Positions 29,001 through 43,700 of a DNA stretch of 64,000 bases are shown here, piece after piece. Position numbers and translations under genes: made by a program. How positions within the stretch are numbered: position 1 is the stretch's first letter; each line of letters opens with the position of its first letter. Source of the stretch: Phoronis australis. Lineage: Eukaryota; Animalia; Phoronida. Where the stretch lies: NCBI GenBank assembly GCA_002633005.1, contig NMRA01000436.1:270127-334126 (forward strand), read 5' to 3'. The notes under the pieces were generated by a model, which saw only the letters and a list, made by a program, of their open reading frames with translations, was not told where the DNA came from and searched no databases.

Positions 29001-32000
29001 ATTCCTCGTAAAATTCTGAAAACAAGCGTTTTTCTCCCACNATGAAGTAAAAGAAAGTAGTTCTGCTTGTCGCGTCGGCTGTTGGTATCATTATCTCGAT
29101 TTATTACCCACAACGCGTGACTGGACAAAGCCTTTTCAAATTAGCCGGTGGAGCGTGAGACCCCTGAGGTCCCAATCGAGTCCTCACGACAACTTCGCGT
29201 TATGAAGTTGAAATCCACTGGACGCATCTGCTGCAATGAATACGCCTATGCGGTTATGTACTTACTTTAAAAATTCTACCCGACTGTCATTATACGCTAT
29301 CTCCCATATGTTGGAGAAGCCTCCCAAATCGATAGAACCTTGTATGAGCACAGCCAGGAGTCCAGCAAACATCATAAGAATCTGGAACACGTCTGTCCAC
29401 ATTACGGCTTTAATGCCACCCTGCAACGATGGAATTGAAGATGTCAGTATTCTTTGCATTACTGGTGTATGGTAAAAATAGAATAGTTTGTACATTGAAA
29501 GAAAAACAATGAAACAGGTATGTGTTCTCAGAATCCGTCCCCATGTACATTAAATACAAGAACAAACAAGAGCAACACGGAGCGTTGAAATGCGTCCACG
29601 AACGCAACGCAAACGGAGGGCTTTTAGTATTGTTTATTTGTTTCATAAAAATAGCCACCAGATGGCAAAAAAAATCCAAACCATCTGGAAATGGGAACAT
29701 GCCATCGCTTTTTATTAGAAAGCTATTTTACCAAATTTCATAAAAACCTGTCAATGAACTTCATAGTTCATAGAAACAAAGGAAAACAGAAAAATAATGA
29801 AATTGCCACTATGGGGCACAGCGTTCATTGGATCCGCCTGAAAGACGTCGTCATCTGTTGTTAGCTTCATTTAAATACAATTATTAAATTTATTAAAGAT
29901 CCTGCAGTAGTTTTACGAGATGCAGCTATGGGCGCAAAACAAAACGAAACTACCACTAGGAGGCGCAACAGTAGTCGAGTTTGTTATCGTCAACCGTCCT
30001 CCCACACTGAGAACATGTACGCCACTTTTTAAAATCATCCTCAGAATGGTTTGGTTGATCGGAGGGTGGACGCCAAAAAACAAGACTCGAAAACAGGAAA
30101 ACTAGCAAATAGGTGGCGCAAAGTACCTCGAATCCATACGGAAGAGGGAAGATAGCATCATCTCACCAATAAATGCCTATATTCCAAACTTTCTGATATC
30201 CGTTGAGGACCTTTGAAGATACGGAGATAAGCCTAAAAAATGAAAATTGCCACCAGGGGCGCACTGGTATTCAGATCCGTCCGAAAATTTTGTTGTCATC
30301 CGTTGTCAACATCATATAAATACACTTGCAGAATTTAGTAAAGGTCCTTCCAACGGTTTAGGAGATACAGCCATGGGCGCAAAAAAAAGACAAAACTGCC
30401 ACTAGGAGGCGCCACAATAGTCGAAATCGTCGAAAAATCATCTTCTTCAGTCGTCCTCTTCATATTAAAAACATACATGCCAATTTCCACAATCATCCTC
30501 AGAGCGGTTTGGTCGATAGAGATGTTGACGCAAAAAAAAACTCGAAAACAGCAAAAATGGCCACTAGGTGGCGTAAACTATGTCGAATCCATCCGAAAAC
30601 GGGAGGATAGCGTCATCTCACTAATATACTGTATGCCTATACGCCAAATTTTATGAAAATACGTTGAAAACCTTTGAAGATATAGAGGTAAGCGTAAACA
30701 ACTAAAATTGCCACTAGGGGGCACACCGGTAGTCAGATTAGCCCGAAAGTTCGCTCATGCCGTCCCATTTATGATAAGAACATATGTGCAAAATTTCATG
30801 AACGTACGTTAAAGAGTTTTAGAGATAGAGCAGCGGACGCCGGACGCCGGACGCCGGACGCCGGACGGACGAACCGAGATGACGGTATAACGCGTCCACA
30901 TATAAATATGTGGGCGCATAACTAGTAAATTAACAAAATCATATACCTATATCCAACATAAACTGAAAATTTGCGTTGCGTTGCGTTTCGTGGTAGTCGT
31001 ATTGCCAAGGAGTAACATGTAACATCAACAGATGTAGTCTGTCACTTACAAGAGTTGTGTAAAACGTGCACACGAGACCGACGGACATCACAGACACCCA
31101 GACGTTAAGACCTGTGACAGCATTTAGTGCCAGTGCTGGGGCGTATAACACTATAGCCATGTACATCACCTAGGGACAGAAAAGTGAAGAATGCTAGACA
31201 ATCATTGCTCCGAGCGACATCAGGTAATTGGGATTCACCGGCCTGCAAATGCAGAGTTAGCGCAATGGCTGCGCTGGGACATGAAAACAAAATTTGGATA
31301 AACCTCCCGCTTTGTTTCACAAAGGTGGGTCCAAGGATATACATGTACGACTAAAGCGTCATAATGGTTAACCGGTGTGGCAGATTTGACAGAGGATTTT
31401 TAACAAGTTCTTGTTGCTTACATAAATTTTATACGTGCGAAAGATTAAAATAATACGAAAAGGACCTGGGCACGAACTAAAAAAAATATTTACTTTGATC
31501 CCAGTGGTAATTAAAGACTAGATAATATACTTGCACGCAAATAGTACATGGCTTCATGGCCTCGTGGAACACTACTTGCAAATAAAAACCTTTTGGCACA
31601 GTAAAAGCAAAGTGATATTTTTTTGATAATCATTAGTATATTATGAATATAGCATGGATTTTATGACAGTTGTAAACATGGTGTGCACAAAAACAATTCA
31701 TTAGTTCGGTCGGCTGTAGATACACTTTTTCAATATTGTGGACCTTGTTTTATCGCTACTCAACGACCAAGGAATCTACTGCCTTTTCAGGTATTAGTCA
31801 TATAACAACCCAGAACTGAAAAGGCCTCTTTGAAAGAGAACTCTTTTTGAACCACATTTGTGTAATCTGTAGGAATCTTGTTTTCAAAATATAGTATGGG
31901 TTCGTGTCCACCAGGGGGCATGGAAGTGGTGGCTTGAAAACTGTAAATTTTGCGTTTTTGCGAACCTTTTTCGAAGCCTCGCTTCCATTATTGGTGTAAG

Positions 32001-34050
32001 TGAAAGGGTCAAGGATATGAAACTCTCAAAGTGACTGCCATTTATTTGTAGCGCTTTAGAGGTGAAATGATCGACTAACAACTTTCCATTTTGTCCAGAG
32101 AGTTTTCGACACTGTGGATGAAAGACCTGCCAAGCAAAACACATAGTGGGAACAGTGCAATGTGTCCTGACACCCACTACTCGTTTGGGAAAAACAGATG
32201 CTCGAAGTACGTCTACGATCGTCTTGTTATATTTTCCAGTTTTCGATAATTTTGATCGTCGGTAACGACCAAGGCAAATTTTAAACGATGGTTGTACACT
32301 TTTAAATCCTTACCATTTGAAATATGAATGTAAGGGACCCCGTGAGCCTCACACCCTTCGAAAATCTTCTCTCTAAATACTAGAAAGTGAATAAGAAAAG
32401 TTTATATTATACAGCAGGCGTGATACATAGAAAATCACGGTCGTTGCATTCCGTTTATTCAGTGTCCAACATGCAAAACGCAAATTCAAAATTCACTATT
32501 TGGTCAAAATCCCATTTCCATCACACAAAAAACAGGAAAATCAAAATTTTCAATGACCTATTAATGAAATGCATTCAAAAAATTAAAAATTCCAATGCAT
32601 CTTTGACTCAAATTCCGTTAAGTCAACAAGAATTCAATTCCGATCAAAGCATACACTTGTAACAGCAAAGGTACACTGTACATGACGTTGAAGACGTTCA
32701 CTGCTTGCGCGTTGCACTGCACGCACTTGTGTTTTAATCTACATGTAAGTGTACGCGTTGCTATAGCAATCACAGTCCTACCTCATAAGCGCTTGTTACA
32801 TTCAACTTGTAAAACATAGGTAGGTATATATGTGCAGCTAATGGAATGTGTATTGCGTAAGACAGACCAATCAGCATGTAGAGAGTGCCGTTGACGTAAA
32901 CTTCCGCCGGCGTGCCTAGTAGCGTTATCGCAGACATGAAACTGGCCAATAGTGACATGGCTACTGGAAAAATCTGGAACATAAAGATTGTCAAAGACTA
33001 GCCACCAAGACCAACGGACAACACACTAATACTGGAATAAGTCGGACACACACGAGTTGGTTACTGGCTTAACGCTTGGCTCGATAGTCGTTCGATGGGC
33101 TGCTGGGGGCCGGAGGCAGGGTGTGTCAGGGGGCATCCTTTATACGGCATAGGCGGATTTAGGGGGGCCCAGGGGATCCAGGCTCCCCCCTCTTGGCTGC
33201 CGCAAGTAAAATGAAACAGCAACAGCGTGAAGGAAATGTTGAGTTCAATAAGTAGGAGTGGAAGCGGAAAGGGGGGGGGGGTTAGACCCCAGGTCGCCAC
33301 CGAACGGAATCGCGTTCACGTTGTTTTTTTTTTTTGTAGCACACGTGCACTGATAAGTTTTCCAAACATTCCAGCCGCCGCAAACTTCCTCCTGTGCTGC
33401 AGACACAATCGTGCTTCGCCCAATTCCCCGAGGCAACATGTTCCCCTCCGGCCCCCGGCCCCTGATGGCATCCTAATTCCGTCACTGTATAGAAACGTAA
33501 TCAGAGGTGATGGTAAAACCATGGCAACCTGGATAGGCGTAAGAACAGGGGCAGGGATTCATGTAAGTCGAGAAAATAAAAATTCAGCGCAATATCCAGG
33601 GAACATTTAAGGGGCCAACTACCTAGACTTGAGTGGGGAACGTTGGCCAATTGTCAACGTTGTTGCATTATAGATAGCCTAAACATACTCATCTGACGTG
33701 CTCTTTACATTAAATACTACACGAGAACCTGTCACGTACATGTATCCAGAGTATGAACTCAGGTGAATACGGTAATAAAAACTGGCAGGCTTAAATTTCC
33801 ATACATTCATATCACCACCCGTAACAGGAAGCTGAGACAAAAACGTACACAGCTCCTCACCGTCCACAGTGTACACTACATTGGCGTGCTAACGTACTTT
33901 CATGCTGTGATCCGCCATGAGAAACTCCTCTGTCGTTCTCTGTTTCCCACCACTGCATGCGTAAAACAGTCCTATGAACGCAGACACCAACAGGCATATA
34001 CTAAACAGAACATAGTCGACAACGGAAAACTGAGCTCGCTCACTCGCCAT
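23028..34050 (-). CDS. Sodium:solute symporter, SLC5A8/SLC5A12 (SMCT) / SLC5A6-like, 14 exons, ~623 aa
   Basis: Exons on the minus strand: 34050-33898, 32973-32782, 32379-32314, 31169-31050, 29420-29266, 28181-28041, 27843-27714, 27060-26972, 26835-26720, 26251-26097 (duplicate copy at 25585-25431), 24737-24550, 23879-23779, 23504-23386, 23174-23028. Total 1872 nt, ATG to TGA, in frame. SSS motifs: [96 protein letters not shown]. The C-terminus ESAI fits a class I PDZ-binding motif. Confidence 0.95.
24137..24345. repeat. Tandem repeat, ~75-bp unit, ~3 copies
   Basis: Recurring units 'cactgaaataag...tagccc..cagcc..atatggtg...cccatgt' in an SLC5 intron. Confidence 0.7.
25078..26408. repeat. 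665-bp direct duplication including SLC5 exon 10, split by a single N (probable haplotype/contig-overlap artefact)
   Basis: Copies at 25078-25742 and 25744-26408 with N at 25743. The exon copies appear identical and there are about six intronic substitutions. Confidence 0.85.
29760..30926 (-). mobile_element. Non-autonomous Helitron-like element with an internal ~150-bp satellite array and a (GGACGCC)n microsatellite
   Basis: Terminal hairpin CCACATATAAATATGTGG next to ACTAGT at ~30921. (GGACGCC)4 at 30835-30870. Units of ~150 bp each carry a CCACTAGG-GGC-like motif. Confidence 0.6.
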
Positions 34051-34989
34051 CTTAATTCAGTGCACGGATATATTCGAATGCACAACACGGTTTAGGTAGT
34101 GAATGCGGTTTACACAATGTACTCCCGTATAGTACGGTCGACTGTATAGCCTTTTTCAATTTAACAATAGGGAAATCACATTGGCTAGACATGATCAAAT
34201 GAACGAATTGCCGGCTGAGACGATCACGTCTTAGGCACGTAGGGAGAAATGGTAATATTCAGTGGGCAGAAACTAATTAGACATCACTTCTGCACCCATG
34301 GACGTCGCCAATTCGTTCCCGGTCCCATAGGCGCGAGGATTTTATTTTGTAGTTTACTGGTCAAAATCTGAGGAAGCACTCATCAGAAACTCTACCCTTG
34401 TTTTAAAATTTCATTTCTAAACCTGAACACATCATGCGCGTTTCACGAACAGAATACGATTTCAACTTTCAGGTTTACTTCTAGGAAACTCTATTTTCAT
34501 GGCACCGAAATAATGTAATACATAATTAAACCACTCTTTAACTGACACAAACTTCCAACGAGCTGCGAAATTTGGAAAAATACCTGGAGAAACAGCATCA
34601 AATTGGAGCTGCGTAGGTAGAATATAGCCTCGGGAATGTACGAGTTCTAATTTCGCTCTATTTCAGTAACATCAATTTTGCGAAGGTACATGTAATCTTC
34701 AGACTAGAAAAAGCNACTTTCAGAATCACTTAGATGAAATTGTGCTTAATCAATGAGAAATGGTAGAGTTCATCATAAAACAGGCACTGGTTACGAAATT
34801 TGTAAATTCTGTGTTTCTAACCCTCACCTACTGTAAAGAAGGTTAACAACTAAAGTTCACACTTTGTAACGAAAAGAACTGCAGAATATGTTAGGCAAGG
34901 CAACACAGCAAATTATTCAATATCTAAACAAACCAAAAGCTTGGATATTGACTGGGTTCTGTTATGTTGAAAATGGGCCAAAAACTAAC

Positions 34990-36250
34990 AAAATGTAGTG
35001 TACGTACCCCGTGTGGAATTCAGTAACACAAATAGTTATTGCAAACGAAAATATAGTATTTTAAACAACAACATGGTGCTTATTATCACCAAAGAAAAAT
35101 AAATGGCCATGCAACATTATGTTACCATGTGATGCAGAAACAGTGATGTAGTGCACGTATCCCCTTTTGTAGTGTACATGTACGTACCCCCCCCCCTTGT
35201 AGTGTATGTACCCCCCTTGTAGTGTACGTACCCCCTTGTTTACAAATGCCATGAAATTAAAATATCACTTGCTTGGTAAGTGAGCAACATTTGTCATAGA
35301 CAGTTTCCTTCTTTAAAAGGGTGTTTATTGCAAATATATTTGTTTTGAGTGAACTATTAGCATTTGTGTAATGTACGTACCCCCATATTTCAATTTGTGC
35401 CCATTTTCAAAGTATGGCAAATATGCACATGAATGCTGTACTTTTTATTTTTTCTCTTTGAATTGATTTAGTAAATCAACTAACTCTTAGTAGATTCTTA
35501 GTATTCAATTACAAACCTGACATGTCATTAAAATGTAGTGTACGTACCCCGATGTGAACAAATACCTTGAAGCTAAAATAGTACACGGTAAGTACGCAAC
35601 CTTTGTCACAGACAGTTTCCCCCATTAAAAATGCTAGGTTAAAACGGTGTTAATTACAAATGTATTTGTTTTGATTTAAATATTAGCATTTGTTTAGTGT
35701 ACGTACGTCTATATTTTAACATTTGCCTATTTTCAAAGAATGACAGAGATATGCACATTTATGCTGTACTTTTGCAACAAAATAACCAGTAGAGGCAGCT
35801 CAAAACTCGAGATCACCCCATACATTTGTAACTTAGTCAAAATTTGACTTTGATTGACTGTGCGTAGTGTACGCACCCCCCAACCAGTACCATTTTTTAC
35901 TGTTTACAACTTGAACACTGGGTCTAGCATTTCTTTAACTATTTTGAACAACTGGTGAATGTGTTGAAAACTATGCAAATAGCACCAATGAAAATTTTGA
36001 AAAAGTAGTTACTTGTAATTTTCTTTTTGTGAGAATCATAATGCAAGAGAAGAAGTTCACATTATACTGTGTTAAGATATGCAATGTTTAATCATCTAGA
36101 ACAACTTGATCAGCACGGTAATGACTTTTCTTACTTTAATATGTGACACTTCTTCATTTTGATCAAGCTTTTAATAAATTAACAGCTACCTTATGAATTT
36201 TTGCATGGTAGAAGTGGGCTGTGGCCACAAATTGTAGTGCACGTATCATG
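34990..36250. repeat. Dispersed/tandem GTAGTGTACGTACCCC motif array (probable transposon-derived repeat)
   Basis: About 10 variants of the motif at ~34995, 35148, 35169, 35199, 35219, 35368, 35535, 35696, 35865 and 36234, embedded in larger imperfect repeats. Confidence 0.6.
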
Positions 36251-37703
36251 TTATACAACTGCGATGCATTAGGCCATAAAATTTTACTCGGTGGTTTTTA
36301 TGCAAAAATACTTTAGATGGCAATTCTGCTACTTTAAAATAACCCAATTTTTACAGTTATATGACAACCTTCATTTTTCACCGAAAGTAGCCACCGAATA
36401 TAAACCTTGACTGTGATTTGCCCGAGTGCCAACCGTACTAAGAGACAATGCACGGGTCTGACCTTCCAGAAGAAGACCCCGACTGAAGGACCACCCCTTG
36501 ACATCAAGGGCTACACATTGAGTGACAGATAGTCATCAGGTGAACCTCAGTTTAAGAGGTGGTCTTCTTACCATTTCACAAAAACAAGAAAAACTACTGA
36601 TCACACCATTGTCTCCCCTGTGAGCAGTCCATTTAGGATATCAATTAAAAAAAATAAAGAAAACAGTGGCCACGCTTGCTAATAACGAGTCCTTTCCAAG
36701 TCCGGGGTGGTCTAAATATTAAAGAATACATGTATACAACAAGAAACGCATGCGCAATGGGCAGCGGGTTGTTGTTATTCAATGTACCAAGTGATGATAC
36801 ATAATTTCAAAAACTTAAAGAGCGAGAGCTGATTTTATTTTAGCTGCTAGAGAGAAGTCCCGCGGGTCGACATACAGTTTTGCGGGCCCTATAATTTGAA
36901 AACCCGAGAGAATCAATTTGCTCATAAAAATCTGTGTGCATAGTAAGTTTCATTGTCTGATGCATGCACTTTCCAAGTAATGTACTGCACAGAAAACAGG
37001 GATCCGCCAAAGAAATGTGTCATGGCCAGAGCCCGCAATGGTAAATCAAACAGTAGTTGAAAAATGCTGTCTTAACATTTATGTCTTCTGTATGTTATTT
37101 TCTCGACTGCCCCGGGCGTCCGGCGCTCGCCAAGACAGTTAGACCCCGACGCCAGGAAGTCATTTGCGATCCACGACTCCCACTTTCTACATGTACGTCG
37201 ATCTTTCGAGGTTCAGGGTTCGTTTGTTTTTACCTGTGTGTCGAGGCCTGGATCAATAGAAAAAATACACGTTTATTTGTTAACAATTTAAATGCAATTG
37301 ACAAAAATGTGGCAATATTGTTTTCGTTTGCATTTTTTTAAACGTTAGTAAACTGCAACCACTTACGTATCCTTACAGCTTTAGCCATAAAAGCCTAAGC
37401 CCTTGGTGACACGAATCCTCGTCTTCGCCGCTTTTCAATGTTTGCATTATACATGTATGTCATAAACCACTTGTAAATTTGACCTTAAATTCGTGCAATG
37501 TCAATACAACCAACCAGGAAATTCCGCTCCCTTACATTGATGTGTTATTGGTTTCGGTTAGTAGGACACGGAGTTGTGATCGATGTGCTAGCCATGACTA
37601 TTTGGCAGAAATTCAACCGGTGTGTTCACCTTTATTACTGCACTGTTTGAGCGGACGGCTTGGTGCGGTCCCGTCATAGAGAGGGCGGGTTTGTCACCAG
37701 AAA

Positions 37704-40700
37704 ATGGCTCCATTCGCTGCAGTCATCGCAGTGGTAGTGGTTGGTGCGTTTATCGATGGCGGTGCTAAGATTGAAGCTTTGGAAGTCAACGGTCGTCTAA
37801 CGGACCACGAATTCAATGATCAGCAGCGCTTTAGTCACCCAGACACAGGAGAAGTATTGCACCTGAATAGTCAGGGAAAATTCAAGAATGTCATTAACCT
37901 GAACAGTGTTAAAGGTTTGAAGGTAAGTCTTCAGTTGCGGTATAGTTTTGATTAGACAATTACTGTCTGTATAGTTTTCTCCGATTTCTTTAAGTTTCGT
38001 TTTGTTCGAATGTGTACCAAACCTGTAACGCGGAAGAATTGGAGCCAATGGTGGTTCACACGCGTTAAAAATAGTCCGTGTATGATTCGGGCATTGTTTT
38101 TCGTATCGAGACCTTACCAGTACATACAATTCACAAGGTGATCTAAGGATGCTCACTAGTTATCAATATCACAATAATTTTGATGAGGTAACGGGCATGA
38201 TCAATGTGATTGTGCTAAACAAAAACACGTTTAGAGAAAATACCGCGTGACCTATTTATCGAGGCTTGACAACAAAAGTCTTTGTTAAACTATAAAGCCT
38301 GCTTGTATAGGAGTGTGCGACTAAATACACCTTAAACTTGTTGACGTAAAGGCAACATTCATGCAGGCGGTGTTCAGTCAAGCGATAACCATTTTATTAA
38401 ACGTATAACTTAGGTGAATACTAAGTTCAGCAACTGTAAGTCACTGCTTGTCGACCAGGAAGTAAAAATGTCTGTTCAGATTTGTGAAAGATGAGTTACA
38501 AACTTTACTTGAAATTTGCTAATAAGTTCCAAGGTCAGTAAAAGTGTCTACTTTTATTGAACTATTTCTCAACCTGAGTGCAACCGAAAAAAATTGTTCT
38601 GCTACCTAAATATAATTCATCTACATTGAACAATACATTAATCCACATGCCAGTTACAAAGTTCACTATTGCACATGTAGGTACATGTATTGTCGAGGTA
38701 ACAAAAAATCACACTTGCTAAGGTGTTGAATCTTCTTAAAATACGTACATGTATTTTAAGCTTTAAAAGCTTTGTTTGGAATGCTTGGGTTGGTGAACTC
38801 TACTCCTGAAGAAATGGATTTTTCATCGCAAAATTGTCATTGCGTTCTTTTCTTGATCAGTGAACAATACACAAGTCAGTGTAACACTGTGAAGTACATT
38901 TGGACAATACACATGTACGTGCAATACTGTGAAGCACAGAAGTTTACAGTTCATTCACCATATAACAATTGCGGCACTTAATATATATGTACCTAGGCCA
39001 GGTGTAGTCAAGGTGATTTATTTATGACTTCAGCCAATATTTCCTTTGTTCAATATCACCCATCGAGAACCATGTACCTAAATACAGGGCGAGTCTTCCG
39101 AAAAGTCACCTATTTTTTTTCATCTTTTTGTTTCAACAAAGGCACGAACTTCATATTTTGCAGACTCTCAATTTTATGTGCTGTGCTCATGCCGATGTTG
39201 AGCGTTTTTAATGCTTGAGTTTTCGGTCGTGTCCCGGAGGCTTTCATCGAGACTACATGTAGTTGCATTTAGCCCAAAAAGCACGAGGAGGCGTGAAATA
39301 ATGTCTATAAAGATACACGTACAACAATATGGCCTAGTTGAGGTGACAAGAGAATCTAATTGAGACAGAGTCTTACAATTATGAGTCCAAGCCAGGTGCT
39401 GAAAACGTACCCCATCATCATCCAAAAAGCACAATTCGATACGCCTTCGATACGCCTTTACAAATTGAAAACTACACATTAATCTATATGGAATACACCC
39501 ATCGAGTGCAAATTTGACACAATGCCGAAAAACGCTGATAGGCGACGTTGAATAACTTTTTAACATCGCGTGCTACAACGTTTGTTCGCTTTATAATTAA
39601 CCGCTTTGTGGGAAGGTTGCGTATCATAGCCCAAGGAGAATAACTCATTGTAAACGTTTGGAGCTTGTTTCGTGAGAGTCACCTTATAGCGCGAAGCAAA
39701 CTTGTATAGCCATTTTGAAGCTCAATTTTGTAAAATGGTTAATTTGCGACTGATATTTAAATTTGTAGCCACGCAGTTTTTGAAAAAACTGATACACATG
39801 TAGTTGTAAAATTCAGTAGTTTAACTTGTTTCAGTTTTGCTTACTCCGATAGGTACAACCCGCGTGTTTTAAGAGTTAAAAATTAAAGAACAATAATGCT
39901 TATTAACGTGATATTAAACACAAGGTGGTAGTCTATCACCACGCCACCTAGTGCGCATTAGGTTCCGAAGATGGCTGCTGTGAGTAGCCGAAACTGTCAA
40001 GGTATAACGTTTTGCTTGGTTGTGAAAATAAGAATAAATCCATGTGGCTACTGTCTTGTTTGCAGTTACATTGCTATTAAAACAAATCTGCATGATATTG
40101 GAAATCTCCAATCTGCTCAATGTTCCAAAACTGTGCAAAGTAACCAATTCAGACCAAAATATAAACAGTTGTAGACACTGGAGTGCAGTTAGATAAGACA
40201 GCAGTGTTTAAACCTACACAGGTATCGGCATTTCATTTGCTTTGGGTTGAAAATCTTTCTTATTTAGGTAATCAAACACAGGAATTCTGTGATCTGTCAA
40301 ACTGCAAGTGGGATTTCTCCTAGTCTCTATTCGATTTATCTTTTCAGAGAATAACATGCATTATGAACAAATTGTCGCTCGCATTTGAAGATTCAGACAC
40401 AGCCAGAAGCTGGCGGCCTGGTGACGTTATCATGGGAGACGAGACCTGGGAATGTCAGCTGGGTAAGCCGTTGTCTTAGCTTGAACGGTCTGTAGGAACT
40501 AAGAGACTGAGATGTTGATTTCAAACTTTATCGATCACAGTGAAACTTGGGACTCATTTAGATTACCAGTTTATTGGCAAGTCCGGAGCTGCGTTGAGTT
40601 TTGACTTCGTCAAAAACTGTGTCATGATTCACTTTCGAGGTTGTTTATGACGGGCCTAAATTTCAGGGGAACATTGCCGAAAAAGGTCCCAAGGGACATT

Positions 40701-43700
40701 GCTTCGACAGATAAATGACAGTGCAAAACGTGTTAACCAATCACTGAAATAAAAATCTCCCTTACATGAAAATGTGATCCGAAATGAATGTTTAATATTT
40801 TTGCAATTCTAAGAGGAGGAGACTTGACAAAGAGGCTCACAATCAGGGGTGAAGCGAAAAGTGCAGGTATTTGCAAAAGAAAATACGAGTTGCGACGAGA
40901 GGGAGGAAGGAGTTTGTGGAAGACAAGGTGCAAGTGTATGGAACACATATTACATGTAAACTTGTGTTTACTCCTAATATAAAAGTCGGCTTCGCCCAGT
41001 GGCAGGAATGCGAGCCGTCTCAGTTGTAAGCGTGCTTAGTGATCGATGTAGCATCCTAGGTGGTCTTACACTTTCGGCAACCGCCCTCAAATTCTTCCCT
41101 TCCCTCCGTCACGAAAATTTATCATCGTCCCACAAATTTTACTTTCTGTGCATCTTTAGAAATGACGCCCGAAGCACGTTCTTTGGCCTAAAACCACCAG
41201 CCAATTGAGCTAGTTGTAAGAAACTGCTGAATAATACCCGCTTTGCAAAACGACGAGTGGAATCATAATTTCACGAGGTCAATAAATAGTGATACATCAC
41301 CGATATGCAACAAGAATATTTCCCAGGTCTCGACTAAAATTGGCCAATCACTTCTCGTGAAATTGAAAAAAATTCTAGTGGAAGCAAAGTACTTTTAATT
41401 ATTAAAATAATTTGATTTAAGACAAATCTCGAGAAAAGACTCGTGGACCTTCATGTTCGTTGGTCTAATCACCAGCTCATCGCTGCGTAACCTTAATTAA
41501 ATTGCGTTTTGTCACTTTTATTTGTCAGGCCTGTCTCATGCTCCCGAAAAAGGAATTTTCCGAAAAATTGAAAGTATGAAGATCTTGGACGAGAAAAGAG
41601 TTGACCTGATTTCAACAGAGGCAAGGTAAGAAATTCTCCTCGACGAAACAGTTATGTGTACATGTATTAGGTTGATAGATCCACGAATGACGATGAATAC
41701 AAAATAATTGACCCTCGTTAGACATATGTGCATTTATGTATAACATTTGCTCGATTGTCACGACCATTGTCGCATCATGCATGTATACTGAAAAGGGCCG
41801 TGACTGTGGCTTCAGCTATATTTCACAGTGTAAAACGCCACAACAAAATAGATAAAGAGACAGATACAGACGGCTGAGAACAGTCATTTTCCAGAAAGAC
41901 GTCGCTCTAATCGGTTGGTGACACGCAGTTGGCTTACGCAGTAAACAGAGAACAGTCTGATTTTAATATACCAATACCGTCTGCATTCAAGCTTGTATCT
42001 ATGTCAATATAAATGTTACATACTTTCAGCTTGTTCGACATGTTTGAGCATGCGCACATCTTTTACCACCATACCCCAGCCAGAGGAAAACGTGCGGATG
42101 AAGACGCGGAGGCGCATGTTCGTACGAAAAGGGCTAGTTGGTTTGATGAACTTGTTAATGCAGGGAAAAGTAAAATACTGTCGAAGGTATTCCCCATCAG
42201 TTGGGGAGGGTCAAAAGGCTTGGTGAGAGACATCAACTATAATAATGAGACGGGTGAGGCGGCAGGCAAATTTGGCGTTGGAATGACTGCTACCAAGGAT
42301 ATTGGGTTCGACGCTAAGGAAAATAAATGGTTTGAGCACGAAAAAAACAAGGAAACAGATACTTCGAAATTTCATACTTCGTCTTCTGTTGTGTCACGGT
42401 TCGAGTGTGTAGCTTGTTACGCCTCATTCCATGCAGGCGTCACATTGTAAGTACTCATTAGCTGTCAAAAAATTGTTACGTAACATTGCTAAACAGTTCA
42501 TTATTCTCACCTTTACTCATTCAATTGTTCAAATCAAATAATCGTAGTTCGAGGAGAGCAAATTTTGGTATAGAGTTACGTTTTTTAGATAAAAAGGCGA
42601 CACAGAAGTTGTTTGTGCTTCGTGTTGCAGTTTCTATTATTCGTGTAAGTGAGACACTTCAAACATTTCACTGAATACGAAGCCAAAGTGGATGGTTGAC
42701 GTAAGCAAATCCGCATGGTTTAGGTCCGCTCTCCCTCGTGGAGGTAGAAAATTCAATGCATCAGTGGCCTACTTTTCAAAATGTTAGACAGTCCCCAGTT
42801 GATTGAAAAGGGAAGAACAATAGATTGCGCTGATTTATTTGCACTGTTCACTAATGGCAATCAATGACAAATAATATGTTAATTAGCCAGGACATGAGAT
42901 AGTGATTTTGTATGGCCTGCACTTGCCTCAGCTAATGTGTTACTACATCTTGGACAGAAAATGTTTCGCCAATCCTGAAATGAAAGGAATTTCTAGAGAA
43001 TGTTGAAGGTACAGTATGTATTAGCAAGACAATATCAAATAGGTTTACTTACTGTAGGAATGAATCCGAACTTAAAAACCTTATCATACCAGAATTATGA
43101 CGAACAAGTTGTTACCACTGGAATATTTATATAAGGGGACACAATTAGGGCGTAACAACAAAAATCTGCTGCAGCGGGCTTCACGTTTTGGGAGGCCGAG
43201 ATGGGGATAGCTGCGGAGACATGGTGAGTGCCACAACTTAGCCGCGTTACAACTATTCCCGCTCTCTTCGAACATGCAATTTTCAACAAATACCAGACAT
43301 ATTATGTTGACTGTTAATTCAACTGCATGCAATTCCTGTTTCCAGTGAATTGAAAATCCGACGAGATTCCAGGAACAGGATAATATTTGAAAAATACCTT
43401 CTTCAGGTGAGCAGGGTCAAGACACTTTGAGTTCGTGGAGCAATGATTGAGTCAGTGCTAAATTTCTATCATTGTGTTGGTGTTTTAAAAACTGTGATAT
43501 TTAATAGTTCTTGTTTTAGGCTACAATAAAACCAAAATGCAGTTTGCGACTTGCAGCACAAGATGCCTATTTGTATACAATTGCTACGTAGCGTAGTCTG
43601 TTTCTAAGATGACTAAGATGACTAAGGACATTTAACTGTTGCCTTTTGGCCAAAATAGTAGCAAGAGTCTGAATAAGGAAAAGAGATGAGAACAATTTTC

